This document shows, piece after piece, positions 30,428 to 40,687 of a DNA stretch of 64,000 bases. The translations under genes and the position numbers were made by a program. The stretch comes from Longimicrobiales bacterium (lineage in GTDB: Bacteria > Gemmatimonadota > Gemmatimonadetes > Longimicrobiales > Gaopeijiaceae). Within the stretch, counting starts at the first letter, position 1. Every line of letters begins with the position of its first letter. The stretch spans positions 1,824,001 through 1,888,000 of the forward strand of contig CBDDCX010000008.1 in the NCBI GenBank assembly GCA_965226375.1, given 5' to 3'. The notes below the pieces were generated by a model, which did no database searches, had not been told where the DNA came from, and saw only the letters and a program-made list of their open reading frames with translations.

Positions 30428-31183
30428 ATGGAAGGGGCCGCAGGCCAAATGAACGGGCGTGTCGCGTTGGTCACGGGAGCGGCCAGGGGCATGGGCAAGG
30501 CAATCGCCCTGCGCCTGACCCAACTCGGGGCGTCCGTGGCGCTGAACGACCTCGATCCGGAGATCACCAGTGAGGCTGCCCTGGAACTGGGTGAAGACGT
30601 CCTGACGGTCCCTGCCGACGTCACCTCAACCGACAGCGTCCGACAGATGGTCGCGACCACCCTGGACCACTTCGGGCGACTCGACATCCTGGTGAACAAC
30701 GCGGGTATTCTCTTCCCGACACGGCTCGAGAAGATCTCGGAGCAAGAGTGGCGAAAAACCCTCGATGTGAACCTCACAGGGGCCTTCTTTTGCATTCAGG
30801 CCGCGATCAGTTCGATGAAAGAACGGGGGTACGGGCGCATAGTGAATCTCGCCTCCACGGCCGGGAAGACGGTGAGCACCCTGGGCGGGGCCCACTACAC
30901 GGCGTCCAAGCACGGCGTCCTCGGCCTGACCCGCGCCTGTGCCCTCGAGTTGGCGCCCCACGGCATCACCGTCAACGCCGTGTGTCCGGGCCTCATCGAC
31001 ACCGAGATGGCACACGAAAATACCACGCCGGAAAGGCTCGAGGGGTATCGCTCCAGCTTTCCCATCGACCGACTCGGGCGCCCCGAAGAGGTAGCTGACC
31101 TGGTCTGCTTCCTGGCGTCCGACAGGGCCGGGTACATCACCGGCTCCGCCTACGACATCGCCGGCGGCGATCTCATGGTATAG
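30428..31183 (+). CDS. SDR oxidoreductase (FabG-like)
   Basis: TGAARGMG, NNAG, YTASK. Confidence 0.92.
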   Translation: MEGAAGQMNGRVALVTGAARGMGKAIALRLTQLGASVALNDLDPEITSEAALELGEDVLTVPADVTSTDSVRQMVATTLDHFGRLDILVNNAGILFPTRLEKISEQEWRKTLDVNLTGAFFCIQAAISSMKERGYGRIVNLASTAGKTVSTLGGAHYTASKHGVLGLTRACALELAPHGITVNAVCPGLIDTEMAHENTTPERLEGYRSSFPIDRLGRPEEVADLVCFLASDRAGYITGSAYDIAGGDLMV

Positions 31184-31195
31184 GACGGGAGGGCC

Positions 31196-33036
31196 ATGCA
31201 ACTGGTCACGGCGGACTGGGTGGTGGTGGCCGTCTACGGGACCATCACGCTCACGATCGGCTTCTGGTTCACCCGTCGGGCAGGCCAGAGCGTAGAGGAG
31301 TACTTCATAGCCGGCCGCACCCTTCCCTGGTGGGTAGCCGGCACATCGATCGCGGCCACCTGGTTCGCGACCGACGCGCCCCTGGCCACCGCGTCCCTCG
31401 TCCGCCAGAGGGGCATCTATGCCAACTGGCTGTGGTGGTACGAGGCGGCCGGGATCATGCTCCTGGTCTTCTTCTACGCTCGGCTTTGGCGGAGAGCAGC
31501 CATCCTCACCGACGCCGAGTTCATCGAGCTGCGCTATTCGGGTCGCCCGGCATCCTTTCTTCGGGGCTTCTCGGCCCTCTACCAGGGACTTCTCAAGAAC
31601 TGCGTGGTCATGGGATGGGTGATGCTGGCGATGGTGAAGTTCAGCCAGGTCCTCTTGGGTTGGGACGCCGGACTCACCCTGGTCGTGTGCGTGTCGCTGG
31701 CGCTGGTCTACACGGTCGCTTCGGGTCTCTGGGGCGTGGTGGTCACCGACCTGTTGCAGTTCGTGGCCGGCATGACGGGCTCGCTGGTACTGGCAGGGCT
31801 CGTGCTTGTTCGGCTGGGGGGTCCCCGCGCCATGGCCGACGGCATACGGGCGCTCCCCGACGCCCCACCCGGCACCCTCGACATCCTTCCCAGCGCCGCG
31901 CATTTGAGCCCCTTGGAGTTCGCCTCGTTCCTTTGTCTCATCCTCTTCCTGTGGACGAGGAGCGGACAGGGCGACGGTTACCTGGCCCAGCGACTCTTCG
32001 CCACCCGCAACGAGCGACAGTCGGTCCTGTCCGCGCTCTGGTTCGCCCTGGCGGGGACGATCCTCATGACCTGGCCGTGGGTGGTGGTGGGGTTGGGATC
32101 CCTTCTCGTGCTTCCGGTGGCCACGGCGATTCCCGAGCTCGCGGCCGATCCCGAGCTCGCATATCCGATGATGATCGTGGAGCTCATGCCAACCGGGCTC
32201 AGGGGTCTCATGGTGGCCTCGTTCCTGGCGGCGTTCATGAGCACTATGGATACGCATCTGTGCTGGGGCGCCTCCTATCTGGTGAACGACGTGTATTTTC
32301 GGTTCATCCGGAAGGATGCAGACGCCCGACACTACGTGCTGGTCGCTCGCATCTCCGTTGCGCTCCTCGCCGTGACCGCCGCTTTCGCTGCCTGGCAGAT
32401 GGAGACGATCGAGGGCGCCTGGATCTACGTGATCGAACTCACCGCAGGGGTCGCCCTGGTGTGGCTGCTCCGCTGGTACTGGTGGCGAGTGAACGCCTGG
32501 GCCGAGATCGCGGCCATGACCGGCTCCGTGCTGCTGGCCAACGGAGCGCTCTGGGCACGGGCAGCGGCCGGGGTCGGCTGGCTGGGGGAGGCCTCGCTCG
32601 GCTCGGTGGAGCGGTTCTATGCGGCTGAATACGACTTCGTTCGGGCCCTCTTAATTCTCGTGCTGTGCTCCGTGGTCTGGGTGACGGTCGCGTTTGTCAC
32701 GCGGCCCGATTCGGAGGACCACCTTGACCAGTTCTACCGGACCGTGCGCCCCGGCGGGTGGTGGGGGCCCGTCGCGCTACGGTGCGACGATGTCGTCGTG
32801 GGGGGACTGTCGGCCCGACGACGGTGGCTGGGCTTTGCCGCCGGCATGGTGTTCCTGTACGCTTCCCTCGTCGGGATGGGCATCTCCTCACCGGTCGCAC
32901 CGGTTCCGGGAGCGCCCTGTTGCTTCTCGGCACCGTGACCGGATTCGTTACCTTGAGCGTCGCCACGGACCGAGAGGCGGACGATCCGGAGCCTGACGTA
33001 GCCGCTGGACGGTTGGGCAGCGGACCACAGCACTGA
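31196..33036 (+). CDS. Sodium:solute symporter; 1-nt frameshift near 32880, probably a sequencing error
   Basis: EEYFIAGRTLPWW, GLRGLMVASFLAAFMST; the last TM (HLLTGR...) lies in another frame. Confidence 0.88.
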
Positions 33037-33052
33037 CCAAGAGGGATCCAGC

Positions 33053-34426
33053 TTGAAGATCGTACTGGTGGGCGCAGGGAGCCGAGAGTTCGGACCCGCC
33101 ACTCTGCGGGACATCTACCTGAGTGAGCCGTTTGCCGAGCGAGGCACCGAAGTATCGCTCATGGATCTGAGCCCCGATGAGCTGGGCACAACCCTGGCGT
33201 ACGCCGAGTCGCTCTCGAGTCGAATGGACCGAGGCCACAGGGTCACCGCGACCACGGACCTGGCCGAAGCCCTCGATGGCGCCGACTTCGTGGTCATGGC
33301 CATCGAGGTGAATCGCTACTTCTATTGGGCCCAGGACTTCCATGTCCCCCGCACCTACGGCTTCCGGCAGATCTACGGCGAGAACGGTGGCCCCGGTGGG
33401 CTGTTCCATGCCCTGAGGAACATGGGCCCCTCGGTCGACATTGCCCGAGAGATGGAGTCGCGCTGTCCCGATGCCTGGTTGCTCAACTACACGAATCCTC
33501 TCACCAAACTATGTGAGGGCCAGACCCGTCTGACCTCGACGAGGGTGGTGGGGCTCTGTCACGGTATCTGTCACGGCAAGGAGCAGGTCTGCCGTCTCAT
33601 GGAGCATCCCCAGGAAGACCTGTGTGGGTACGCTTGCGGGCTCAACCACTTCACGTGGTTCCAGGAACTCAGCTCGCACAGAACGGGAGAGGATCTCTAC
33701 CCCCGGCTCAAGAAGCGTGAGAAAGAGGCCCACTGGCTCTCCGACTGGGACGAGATCGCATTGAGCCGGATCCTGCTTCGCAGCTTCGGGCTCTTTCCGT
33801 CTCCCGGCGCCAACCACATCGGTGAATACGTCCGCTGGGCGGAGGATTTCCTGGGCAGTAGTCTGCTCCAGTTCTTCTACGATCCGAGGGAAGGAGATCC
33901 CTGGGACACCGGCGACGTGCCGACTTGGCTCTACAACCTCTCCGACCATCCGACCGACGCACCCCTCTTTCCCGACGGCCCCCTACCCCGGCTGAAGCCC
34001 TCCCGAGAGGATCGCGACGCATCAGGTGACGAGATCAAGCCCTCGGGCGAGCTGGCCATCCCCATCATCGAGGGATTGGCTTGCGGGGTGGAGAGGGAGC
34101 TGGCCGCGGTGAACGTGCCGAACGAGGGGTGGATTCCCGGGCTCCCGGACGGAGCCGTTGTGGAAGTGCCCGCCACGGTGGGCCCGGAGGGCCTGCAGCC
34201 TCGAGCGATGGGCCCCCTGCCGGAAGCGGTGCTGGCACTCCTTCGCACCCAGACCAGCATCAACAAGCTCCTTGTGGAAGCATTCTCGGAGATGTCCCGG
34301 AGCAAACTGCTGCAGGCTCTCCTGTTGGACCCGACCTGCTACTCCTACCGGCAGTCCGTCCATCTGATCGACCGTATGTTCGAACTGCAGGCCGACATCC
34401 TGCCAGGGATGGGGTGGGACCAGTAG
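33053..34426 (+). CDS. Glycoside hydrolase family 4 (NAD+/Mn-dependent alpha-galactosidase/glucosidase-like)
   Basis: GAGS, GENGGPGG, NYTNP, GLCH, GLNHFTW. Confidence 0.92.
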   Translation: MKIVLVGAGSREFGPATLRDIYLSEPFAERGTEVSLMDLSPDELGTTLAYAESLSSRMDRGHRVTATTDLAEALDGADFVVMAIEVNRYFYWAQDFHVPRTYGFRQIYGENGGPGGLFHALRNMGPSVDIAREMESRCPDAWLLNYTNPLTKLCEGQTRLTSTRVVGLCHGICHGKEQVCRLMEHPQEDLCGYACGLNHFTWFQELSSHRTGEDLYPRLKKREKEAHWLSDWDEIALSRILLRSFGLFPSPGANHIGEYVRWAEDFLGSSLLQFFYDPREGDPWDTGDVPTWLYNLSDHPTDAPLFPDGPLPRLKPSREDRDASGDEIKPSGELAIPIIEGLACGVERELAAVNVPNEGWIPGLPDGAVVEVPATVGPEGLQPRAMGPLPEAVLALLRTQTSINKLLVEAFSEMSRSKLLQALLLDPTCYSYRQSVHLIDRMFELQADILPGMGWDQ

Positions 34427-34540
34427 GGAGCGTTCCGCGCCTGTCGACGCTCCGATCCCCTACGTCTATATTGCCCCCGCTTCCACCGTTGAGGATCGGG
34501 GATCTACCCACACGAACGCATACACACGTAGAGACCATAC

Positions 34541-35488
34541 TTGAAGAGAATCCTGGTGACGGGAGCCGGCGGCCAGATCGGCTCCGAGCTCGTCCCCGCC
34601 CTGCGGGAGCGATATGGCGAAGAGGCGGTGCTGGCCAGTGACATCCGGGCCCCCAAGGGTGGGCTCATCGATGGGGGCCCCTTCGAGATCATCGACGCGA
34701 CGGATCAGCACGCGGTGGGACACGCGACCATTCGCCACAACGCGGACACGATCTACCACCTGGCGGCGATCCTCTCTGCGGTCGGTGAGAAGGACCCGCG
34801 CTTGGCGTACCGCGTCAACATGGGCACTCTGCACTCGGTCCTCGAGGTGGCCCGTGACCAGGGCTGTGCGGTCTTCACACCCAGCTCCATCGGCGTCTTC
34901 GGACCGTCCACTCCGAGCGATCCGGCGCCGCAGGATACCATCATGAGGCCCACCACCATGTACGGGGTGACCAAGGTGGCCGCCGAGCTCCTGTGCGACT
35001 ACTACCACCTCAAGTACGGGGTGGACACGCGCGGGGTTCGTTATCCGGGGCTCATCTCCCACGGAGCACCGCCGGGAGGCGGAACCACCGATTGGGCCGT
35101 GGACATCTTTTACCACGCCGTCGCAGACGGCCGGTACACATGCTTCCTGGGGCCCGACACGCAACTCGACATGATGTACATGCCGGACGCTATCAGCGCG
35201 GCCATCGAGGTCATGGTGGCCGACCCGACCCGTCTGGTTCATCGCAACGCCTTCAACGTCACGGCCATGCAGTTGGCCCCCGCGACACTCGTGGAGGAGA
35301 TCCGCGAGCACATCCCTGAGTTCGAGATCGGTTACGAGGTCGACCCGGTCCGCGAGACGATCGCCCGCTCCTGGCCCCATCGGATCGACGACAATGCCGC
35401 CCGCGACGAATGGGACTGGTCACCCGAACACGACATGGCGAGCATGACCGCCGACATGATCAAGGAGCTGTCGAGCCGCCAGCCCTGA
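34541..35488 (+). CDS. L-threonine 3-dehydrogenase (extended SDR type)
   Basis: GAGGQIG, HLAAILSAVGE, YGVTK, PGGGTTD; adjacent to kbl. Confidence 0.88.
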   Translation: MKRILVTGAGGQIGSELVPALRERYGEEAVLASDIRAPKGGLIDGGPFEIIDATDQHAVGHATIRHNADTIYHLAAILSAVGEKDPRLAYRVNMGTLHSVLEVARDQGCAVFTPSSIGVFGPSTPSDPAPQDTIMRPTTMYGVTKVAAELLCDYYHLKYGVDTRGVRYPGLISHGAPPGGGTTDWAVDIFYHAVADGRYTCFLGPDTQLDMMYMPDAISAAIEVMVADPTRLVHRNAFNVTAMQLAPATLVEEIREHIPEFEIGYEVDPVRETIARSWPHRIDDNAARDEWDWSPEHDMASMTADMIKELSSRQP

Positions 35489-35556
35489 ACCGAGGAACCG
35501 CGGGACCGCGAGCCCTGATCCTAAGAGCCATCGGGGCGCGAGCCCCGAACCTGGAG
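35478..35556. repeat. Degenerate tandem repeat, three units at 30-bp period
   Basis: agccctgaacc at 35481, agccctgatcc at 35511, agccccgaacc at 35541. Confidence 0.55.
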
Positions 35557-35566
35557 ATAGACGAAC

Positions 35567-36829
35567 ATGCCTCTCGATCGTATAGCCGGTGTGCTGGATG
35601 CTCACGTCGCGGGCCTCCACGAAGCCGGAACGGCAAAGGGTGCCGAGACCGTGTTCACCGGAGTCCGGAGGGCCGAGGGAGACCGCGGCCCTCGATTCCT
35701 CCTGGAGGGCGAGGGAGACAAGGAGTTCATACGCCTGAACTCCAACTCCTACCTCGGTCTGGGACTCAATCCCGAAGTCATCCGTGCCGAGGAGAGGGGT
35801 TCCGCCGAGTTCGGAGCGGGCCCGGGGGCGGTTCGTTTTATCAGCGGGTCGTACTCAGCCCACCTGGAGCTCGAGCGCAAGCTGGCAGATTTCCACGGGC
35901 GGGAATCGGCCGTGATCTTCTCGTCTGCCTACGCATGCGTCGTCGCGACCATCTCGTCTCTGGTCACGTCCGAGACGGTCCTCGTCAGTGATGCACTCAA
36001 CCACAACTGCATCATCAACGCCATGAAGTTGTCGCGACCGGCCGGCAAGGTCATCTACGACCACAACTCGGTGACGGGCCTCGACCGGGCCCTCGCGGAG
36101 TGGGCGGGCAAAGCCAAGCGGGCACTCATCGTCACGGACGGCATCTTCAGCATGCGCGGAGATCACGCTCCATTGGACGAGATCATGGATGTGGTGGCAC
36201 GTCACGACCCCGCCTACGAAGAGAACGCGGTGGTGTTGGTAGACGACTCCCACGGCGTGGGCTCGTTCGGAAGGACCGGGCGTGGAGTCGAGGAGTTCAC
36301 CGGTTCCGCTCAGGTGGACATTCTCGTAGGCACGCTCGGAAAGGCCTTTGGAGTGAACGGTGGATACGTCACCGCCCCCGAGTCGGTGATCAACTTTCTG
36401 CGCGAGAGCTCGCCGACGTATATCTACTCCAACCCCATCACCGTCGGAGAGGCCAAGGCAGGGCTCGAGTCGGTGCAGATCGTGGACAGCCCCGAGGGCC
36501 TGGCCCTGCTGGACAAGCTGCGGGGTCTGACCAAACGCTTCGAGGACGGCTTGGGACGCCTGGGCATCGAAACCATCCCCGGTGAGCATCCCGTAGTTCC
36601 GCTCATGATCCGCGATACCGAAAGGACCCGAGCCCTCGTCGACTATCTGTACGACAACGGGGTTCTGGTCACGGGACTGGCCTATCCGGTGGTGCCGAAG
36701 GGTGACGAAGAAATCCGCACTCAGATCAATGCCGATCATACGGAAGCCGATATCGACCACGTGCTCGGACTGCTTGAAGCGTACGACGGTGAACCCCAAC
36801 GGCTGAACATCACAGGAGACTCACCATGA
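35567..36829 (+). CDS. kbl: 2-amino-3-ketobutyrate CoA ligase (glycine C-acetyltransferase)
   Basis: NSYLGL, VRFISG, NHNCII, DDSHG, GTLGKAFG; follows threonine dehydrogenase. Confidence 0.85.
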   Translation: MPLDRIAGVLDAHVAGLHEAGTAKGAETVFTGVRRAEGDRGPRFLLEGEGDKEFIRLNSNSYLGLGLNPEVIRAEERGSAEFGAGPGAVRFISGSYSAHLELERKLADFHGRESAVIFSSAYACVVATISSLVTSETVLVSDALNHNCIINAMKLSRPAGKVIYDHNSVTGLDRALAEWAGKAKRALIVTDGIFSMRGDHAPLDEIMDVVARHDPAYEENAVVLVDDSHGVGSFGRTGRGVEEFTGSAQVDILVGTLGKAFGVNGGYVTAPESVINFLRESSPTYIYSNPITVGEAKAGLESVQIVDSPEGLALLDKLRGLTKRFEDGLGRLGIETIPGEHPVVPLMIRDTERTRALVDYLYDNGVLVTGLAYPVVPKGDEEIRTQINADHTEADIDHVLGLLEAYDGEPQRLNITGDSP

Positions 36830-37503
36830 TCAGAGCGACATCGGACGGAAACAGGAACAGGCGGCAGATCGGATCCAAGGCTTGTCTGTTCGGACGGTCG
36901 GCGCTGGTGCTGGCGCTTGCGTGGGCCGCGGCTCTGCCGAGCGACTCCGCTTCTGCTCAGGATTCCGGTTCGGTAGCCATCACGATCCGTACGGCCATGG
37001 GGGACATCGACCTCGAGCTCTACCCGGACCGGGCACCGATCACCGTGGCCAACTTTCTCGCCTATCTCGATGCGGGCCACTACAACGGAGGCGGGTTTTA
37101 CCGGGTAGTGCGCTACGACAACGACAACGGCAACCCGAAGATCGAGGTCATCCAAGGCGGCGTGAACGAAGAGGGCCGGGCAGCGTTCCCGGCCATCGCC
37201 CACGAGAGCACCGAAGACACCGGCTTGCTGCACGTCGACGGAGCGATCTCCATGGCCCGGGGTGGAGTCGGGACAGCCACCTCGGAGTTCTTCATCTGCA
37301 TCGGCGATCAGCAGGGACTCGACCACGGCCAATCCCGCAACGCGGACATGCAAGGATTCGCGGCGTTCGGGCAGGTGGTGGGCGGAATGGACGTGGTGCG
37401 TGCCATCGATCAGCTCGAGGCTCCCGCGACGGCGGAGGGCGCATACACGAGTGGCCAAATACTCGAGGAGCCGGTGCGGATCGTCGAGGTGGTGCGAAGG
37501 TGA
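36826..37503 (+). CDS. Cyclophilin-type peptidyl-prolyl isomerase, exported
   Basis: APITVANF, FYRVV, IQGG, ISMAR, SEFFIC, FGQVVGG. Confidence 0.9.
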   Translation: MIRATSDGNRNRRQIGSKACLFGRSALVLALAWAAALPSDSASAQDSGSVAITIRTAMGDIDLELYPDRAPITVANFLAYLDAGHYNGGGFYRVVRYDNDNGNPKIEVIQGGVNEEGRAAFPAIAHESTEDTGLLHVDGAISMARGGVGTATSEFFICIGDQQGLDHGQSRNADMQGFAAFGQVVGGMDVVRAIDQLEAPATAEGAYTSGQILEEPVRIVEVVRR

Positions 37504-38537
37504 GCGCGCAAGACCCACCGGACGGACCAGCTGTCGGCCCGGACACACTGATCCTCACCCAGCCGGAGGTGCGCCGCCTCCTGCCCATGCGAGCGTGTAT
37601 GGACCTGATGGCCGAGGCGTTCCGTTCCCTGGGCCGGGGCGAGGGTATCAACCCGTTACGCTCGGCGATTCGCCTTCCAGGAGATCGGGGCATCCTGGGG
37701 CTGATGCCCGGCATGTCCGGCTCCCCCGAAGCGCTCGGGCTCAAGGTGGTGACGGTCTTTCCGGGTAATCACGGCACCCCGTACGACGCCCACCAAGGCC
37801 TGGTGGTACTCTTCGACACCGAGTATGGACTTCCGACCGCGATCCTGGACGCGAGTGAGGTCACCGCCATCAGGACCGCCGCCGCGAGCGGAGTGGCTAC
37901 GGAGCTCCTCACCCGAGAAGACGCGACCGAATTGGCCATCATCGGATCCGGCGTCCAGGCACGGACACACCTGGAGGCCATGATCGAAGCGCGGCCGATA
38001 GCAAGGGTGCGGGTCTACAGCCCCACCGAGGCCAATCGCCTCGCATTTGCCGAGCTGGAGACCGAACGTCACGGCATTACCGTGGAGGCCGTGGCGTCGG
38101 CCGAAGAGGCCGCACGTGACGCCGACATTATCTGCACGGTGACGTCATCGCGGGAGCCGGTGCTCAAGGGGGACTGGATCGCTCTCGGTACCCACGTCAA
38201 TGCGGCCGGCTCCAGCGTGAAGTTCACTCGAGAGCTCGATACCGAGGCGGTCGTAATATCCCGACTGTTTGTGGATCAACGAGAATCGACCTTGAACGAG
38301 GCCGGTGACTTTCTCTTCCCGAAGGTCGAGGGGGCCATCGACGACTCCCACATCGTGGGGGAGCTCGGAGAGGTCCTGCTGGGTGAACTGAACGGTCGAG
38401 AGACCGAGAAAGAGATCACCCTGTTCAAGTCATTGGGGCTTGCAGTCGAGGACCTGGTGTCGGCCCACTACGTCCTGGAACGAGCCCGGTCAGAGGGCGT
38501 CGGTGTGTCGGTGCCCTTGGGAGGGTTGCGCCATTAA
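37500..38537 (+). CDS. Ornithine cyclodeaminase / mu-crystallin family
   Basis: TAIRTAAAS, GSGVQA, LFKSLGLAVED. Confidence 0.9.
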   Translation: MSAQDPPDGPAVGPDTLILTQPEVRRLLPMRACMDLMAEAFRSLGRGEGINPLRSAIRLPGDRGILGLMPGMSGSPEALGLKVVTVFPGNHGTPYDAHQGLVVLFDTEYGLPTAILDASEVTAIRTAAASGVATELLTREDATELAIIGSGVQARTHLEAMIEARPIARVRVYSPTEANRLAFAELETERHGITVEAVASAEEAARDADIICTVTSSREPVLKGDWIALGTHVNAAGSSVKFTRELDTEAVVISRLFVDQRESTLNEAGDFLFPKVEGAIDDSHIVGELGEVLLGELNGRETEKEITLFKSLGLAVEDLVSAHYVLERARSEGVGVSVPLGGLRH

Positions 38538-38541
38538 AACA

Positions 38542-39504
38542 GTGGAGCCCATCCCCCTGAAGGCCATCCAAGAGGCACGGGAGCGCATTAAAGGCGTAGC
38601 GCTCCGTACGCCGCTCGTGCCACTGTTCGCGGACGATGCCCCTGCAGAGATCTATCTCAAGCTCGAGAGCCTGCAGCCCATCGGCTCCTTCAAGTTGAGG
38701 GGGTCGGGGAACGCCATGGCGCACGCCGACCCGGCGCTCCTTGCCGACGGCGTCTATACGGCCAGCGCCGGGAACATGGCTCAGGGCGTGGCGTGGAACG
38801 CTCGCCGTCTGGGTATCCCCTGTCGGGTCGTGGTCCCCGACACGGCGCCGGACACCAAGATGGAGGCCATCCGCCGCCTCGGGGCCGTGGCCATCTCCCT
38901 GCCCTTCGAGGAGTGGTGGGAGGTCATCGTGAATCACCACCATCCCGGCGTCCCGGGCCTCTTTATCCACCCGGTGAGCGACCCCGCGGTCATCGCCGGC
39001 AACGGCACCGTGGGCCTCGAGATCATCGAAGATCTTCCCGACGTAGATACGGTGCTCGTCCCCTACGGCGGCGGCGGACTGAGCTGCGGGATCGCCTCGG
39101 CGGTGAAGGCGCTCAAACCGGGCACCAACGTATTCGCATGTGAAGTCGAGACCGCCGCACCTCTCCGCGCGTCGCTCGAAAAGGGAGCGCCCACAGCGAT
39201 CGATCGGACCCCGACCTTTATCGACGGGATCGGTGGCAAGAGCGTGTTGGCAGAGATGTGGCCCCTGGCCCGTACGCTCCTGAACGGTTCTCTCGTCGTG
39301 AGCGTCGAGGCGATCGTCGAGGCGCTTCGCCTACTCGTGTTCAGAAACCGGCTCATCGTAGAGGGGGCGGGAGCCGCACCGGTGGCGGCAGCCACTGCGG
39401 GGCTGGGAGGGAGCGGGAAAATCGTGTGTGTGGTCTCTGGAGGCAACCTCTCCCGGGCTGCGCTTCGCAGCGTCCTAGAGGGGCGCATTCCGGAGCCCGG
39501 CTAG
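38542..39504 (+). CDS. Threonine/serine dehydratase (PLP, fold type II)
   Basis: KLESLQPIGSFKLRG, SAGN, GGGGL, SGGN. Confidence 0.9.
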   Translation: MEPIPLKAIQEARERIKGVALRTPLVPLFADDAPAEIYLKLESLQPIGSFKLRGSGNAMAHADPALLADGVYTASAGNMAQGVAWNARRLGIPCRVVVPDTAPDTKMEAIRRLGAVAISLPFEEWWEVIVNHHHPGVPGLFIHPVSDPAVIAGNGTVGLEIIEDLPDVDTVLVPYGGGGLSCGIASAVKALKPGTNVFACEVETAAPLRASLEKGAPTAIDRTPTFIDGIGGKSVLAEMWPLARTLLNGSLVVSVEAIVEALRLLVFRNRLIVEGAGAAPVAAATAGLGGSGKIVCVVSGGNLSRAALRSVLEGRIPEPG

Positions 39505-39676
39505 TCGGGGGCATCGAGGAGGAAACCGCGGTCCGCGGCTGGTGAGCTCGTCGGTCGTGCACGAATTTCCTGGCGTCCTCCGCCACGGTGGGGTAAGCTG
39601 AATCAGTCCCCCTGACCGATTGCGTAGCCTCTAGATACCACAGCGCGAACAGTCCACAAAACTGACCTGAGGTACT

Positions 39677-40195
39677 ATGCGATCCAAGCTGCTCTACACT
39701 GCTGCGCTGGTTACGGCTTTCCTCTTGGACGCCATCGTCGTCTTCGTCTTCACCGATCCGGTGATGCGAGTCATCGTTGCTCTTCTCATACTCCTACCGA
39801 TCATATGGGCCGCCGACGCCCTGGGGATCGCCGACATGGTCAGCGACTTACCCAGGACCAAGGTCCGCCACCGGCAATACGGCGCCCTTCGTTCGCACGT
39901 GAGGCTTTTGCTCGACGTTGTTCGGCGGATGAACTGGCTGGCGGTGGACCTGGAGCGGGGCTTTCGGAGCCCGAACGAAGTGGAAGAAGAGATGGACCAG
40001 GCGTACATACGCATGAAGGGGATCGTGGACGACATCAGAGACGTCGCAGGCCGACCCTCCGCCGATCCGGAGGTAGAGGCTACCCCGGACCTGATGTTGT
40101 CCCGGGAAGAAACTCCCCAGGCTGTTCCGGCCTCCGGGGGCGAGGCTTCCGAAGACACTACAACGTCAGCAGACGACACTCCAGAGGAGGGGTAG
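39677..40195 (+). CDS. Hypothetical membrane protein
   Basis: 2 TM, acidic tail, GAGG RBS. Confidence 0.65.
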   Translation: MRSKLLYTAALVTAFLLDAIVVFVFTDPVMRVIVALLILLPIIWAADALGIADMVSDLPRTKVRHRQYGALRSHVRLLLDVVRRMNWLAVDLERGFRSPNEVEEEMDQAYIRMKGIVDDIRDVAGRPSADPEVEATPDLMLSREETPQAVPASGGEASEDTTTSADDTPEEG

Positions 40196-40200
40196 CCACC

Positions 40201-40677
40201 GTGCGTGTTCGAGCCTGTGTCCTGCTAATTCTGATGGCGGCCTGTGCGACGCCCGAGATGACCGACGAGCAGCGAGCGGAAGTAGCTGCCGAGATCATGG
40301 CCGCCACCGACGACTTCGTGGCCGGATTGGCGTCCTTGGACGGAGACGCTTTCGTGGCCCCTTTCACCGATGCCGGTGACCTGGTGTACGTGGACGGCGG
40401 TCGTATCTACCCCGACCGCGATGCCCTCAAGAACGCCTTCGCCGGCTTCGCGTCTCGTCAGGAGCGGATCGGCGGCACCTGGGACCCGGCCCACGTGACC
40501 GTGCTTGGACCTGACGGAGCGGCATTTACCGGTGTCTTCCATGCCGACGTGGTGGACACGTCCGGCGTGGCGCAGTGGACGAATGGGAAGATCTGGACCT
40601 TCGTATACCAGAGGCGCGGCGGCGAGTGGAAGATCGTACAGTCACACGAGTCGAATGGACGCGCACCGAGCAACTAA
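40201..40677 (+). CDS. NTF2/SnoaL-like lipoprotein
   Basis: MAAC lipobox; WTFVYQR..GEWKIVQSHES. Confidence 0.75.
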   Translation: MRVRACVLLILMAACATPEMTDEQRAEVAAEIMAATDDFVAGLASLDGDAFVAPFTDAGDLVYVDGGRIYPDRDALKNAFAGFASRQERIGGTWDPAHVTVLGPDGAAFTGVFHADVVDTSGVAQWTNGKIWTFVYQRRGGEWKIVQSHESNGRAPSN

Positions 40678-40687
40678 GAAGGTCGGC

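Noticed and set aside
29413..30795. 460-aa extended VOC ORF
   Set aside because: The extension is antisense to the SDR gene; the real start is ATG 30159 with a GGAGG RBS
30626..32332. Long antisense ORFs (also 41587..43092, 47418..48890, 59635..60921)
   Set aside because: Shadow frames of real genes in high-GC DNA with no motifs
35478..35556. Mini CRISPR array (also considered for 8960-9025)
   Set aside because: Repeats too short and degenerate, no proper spacers, no cas genes
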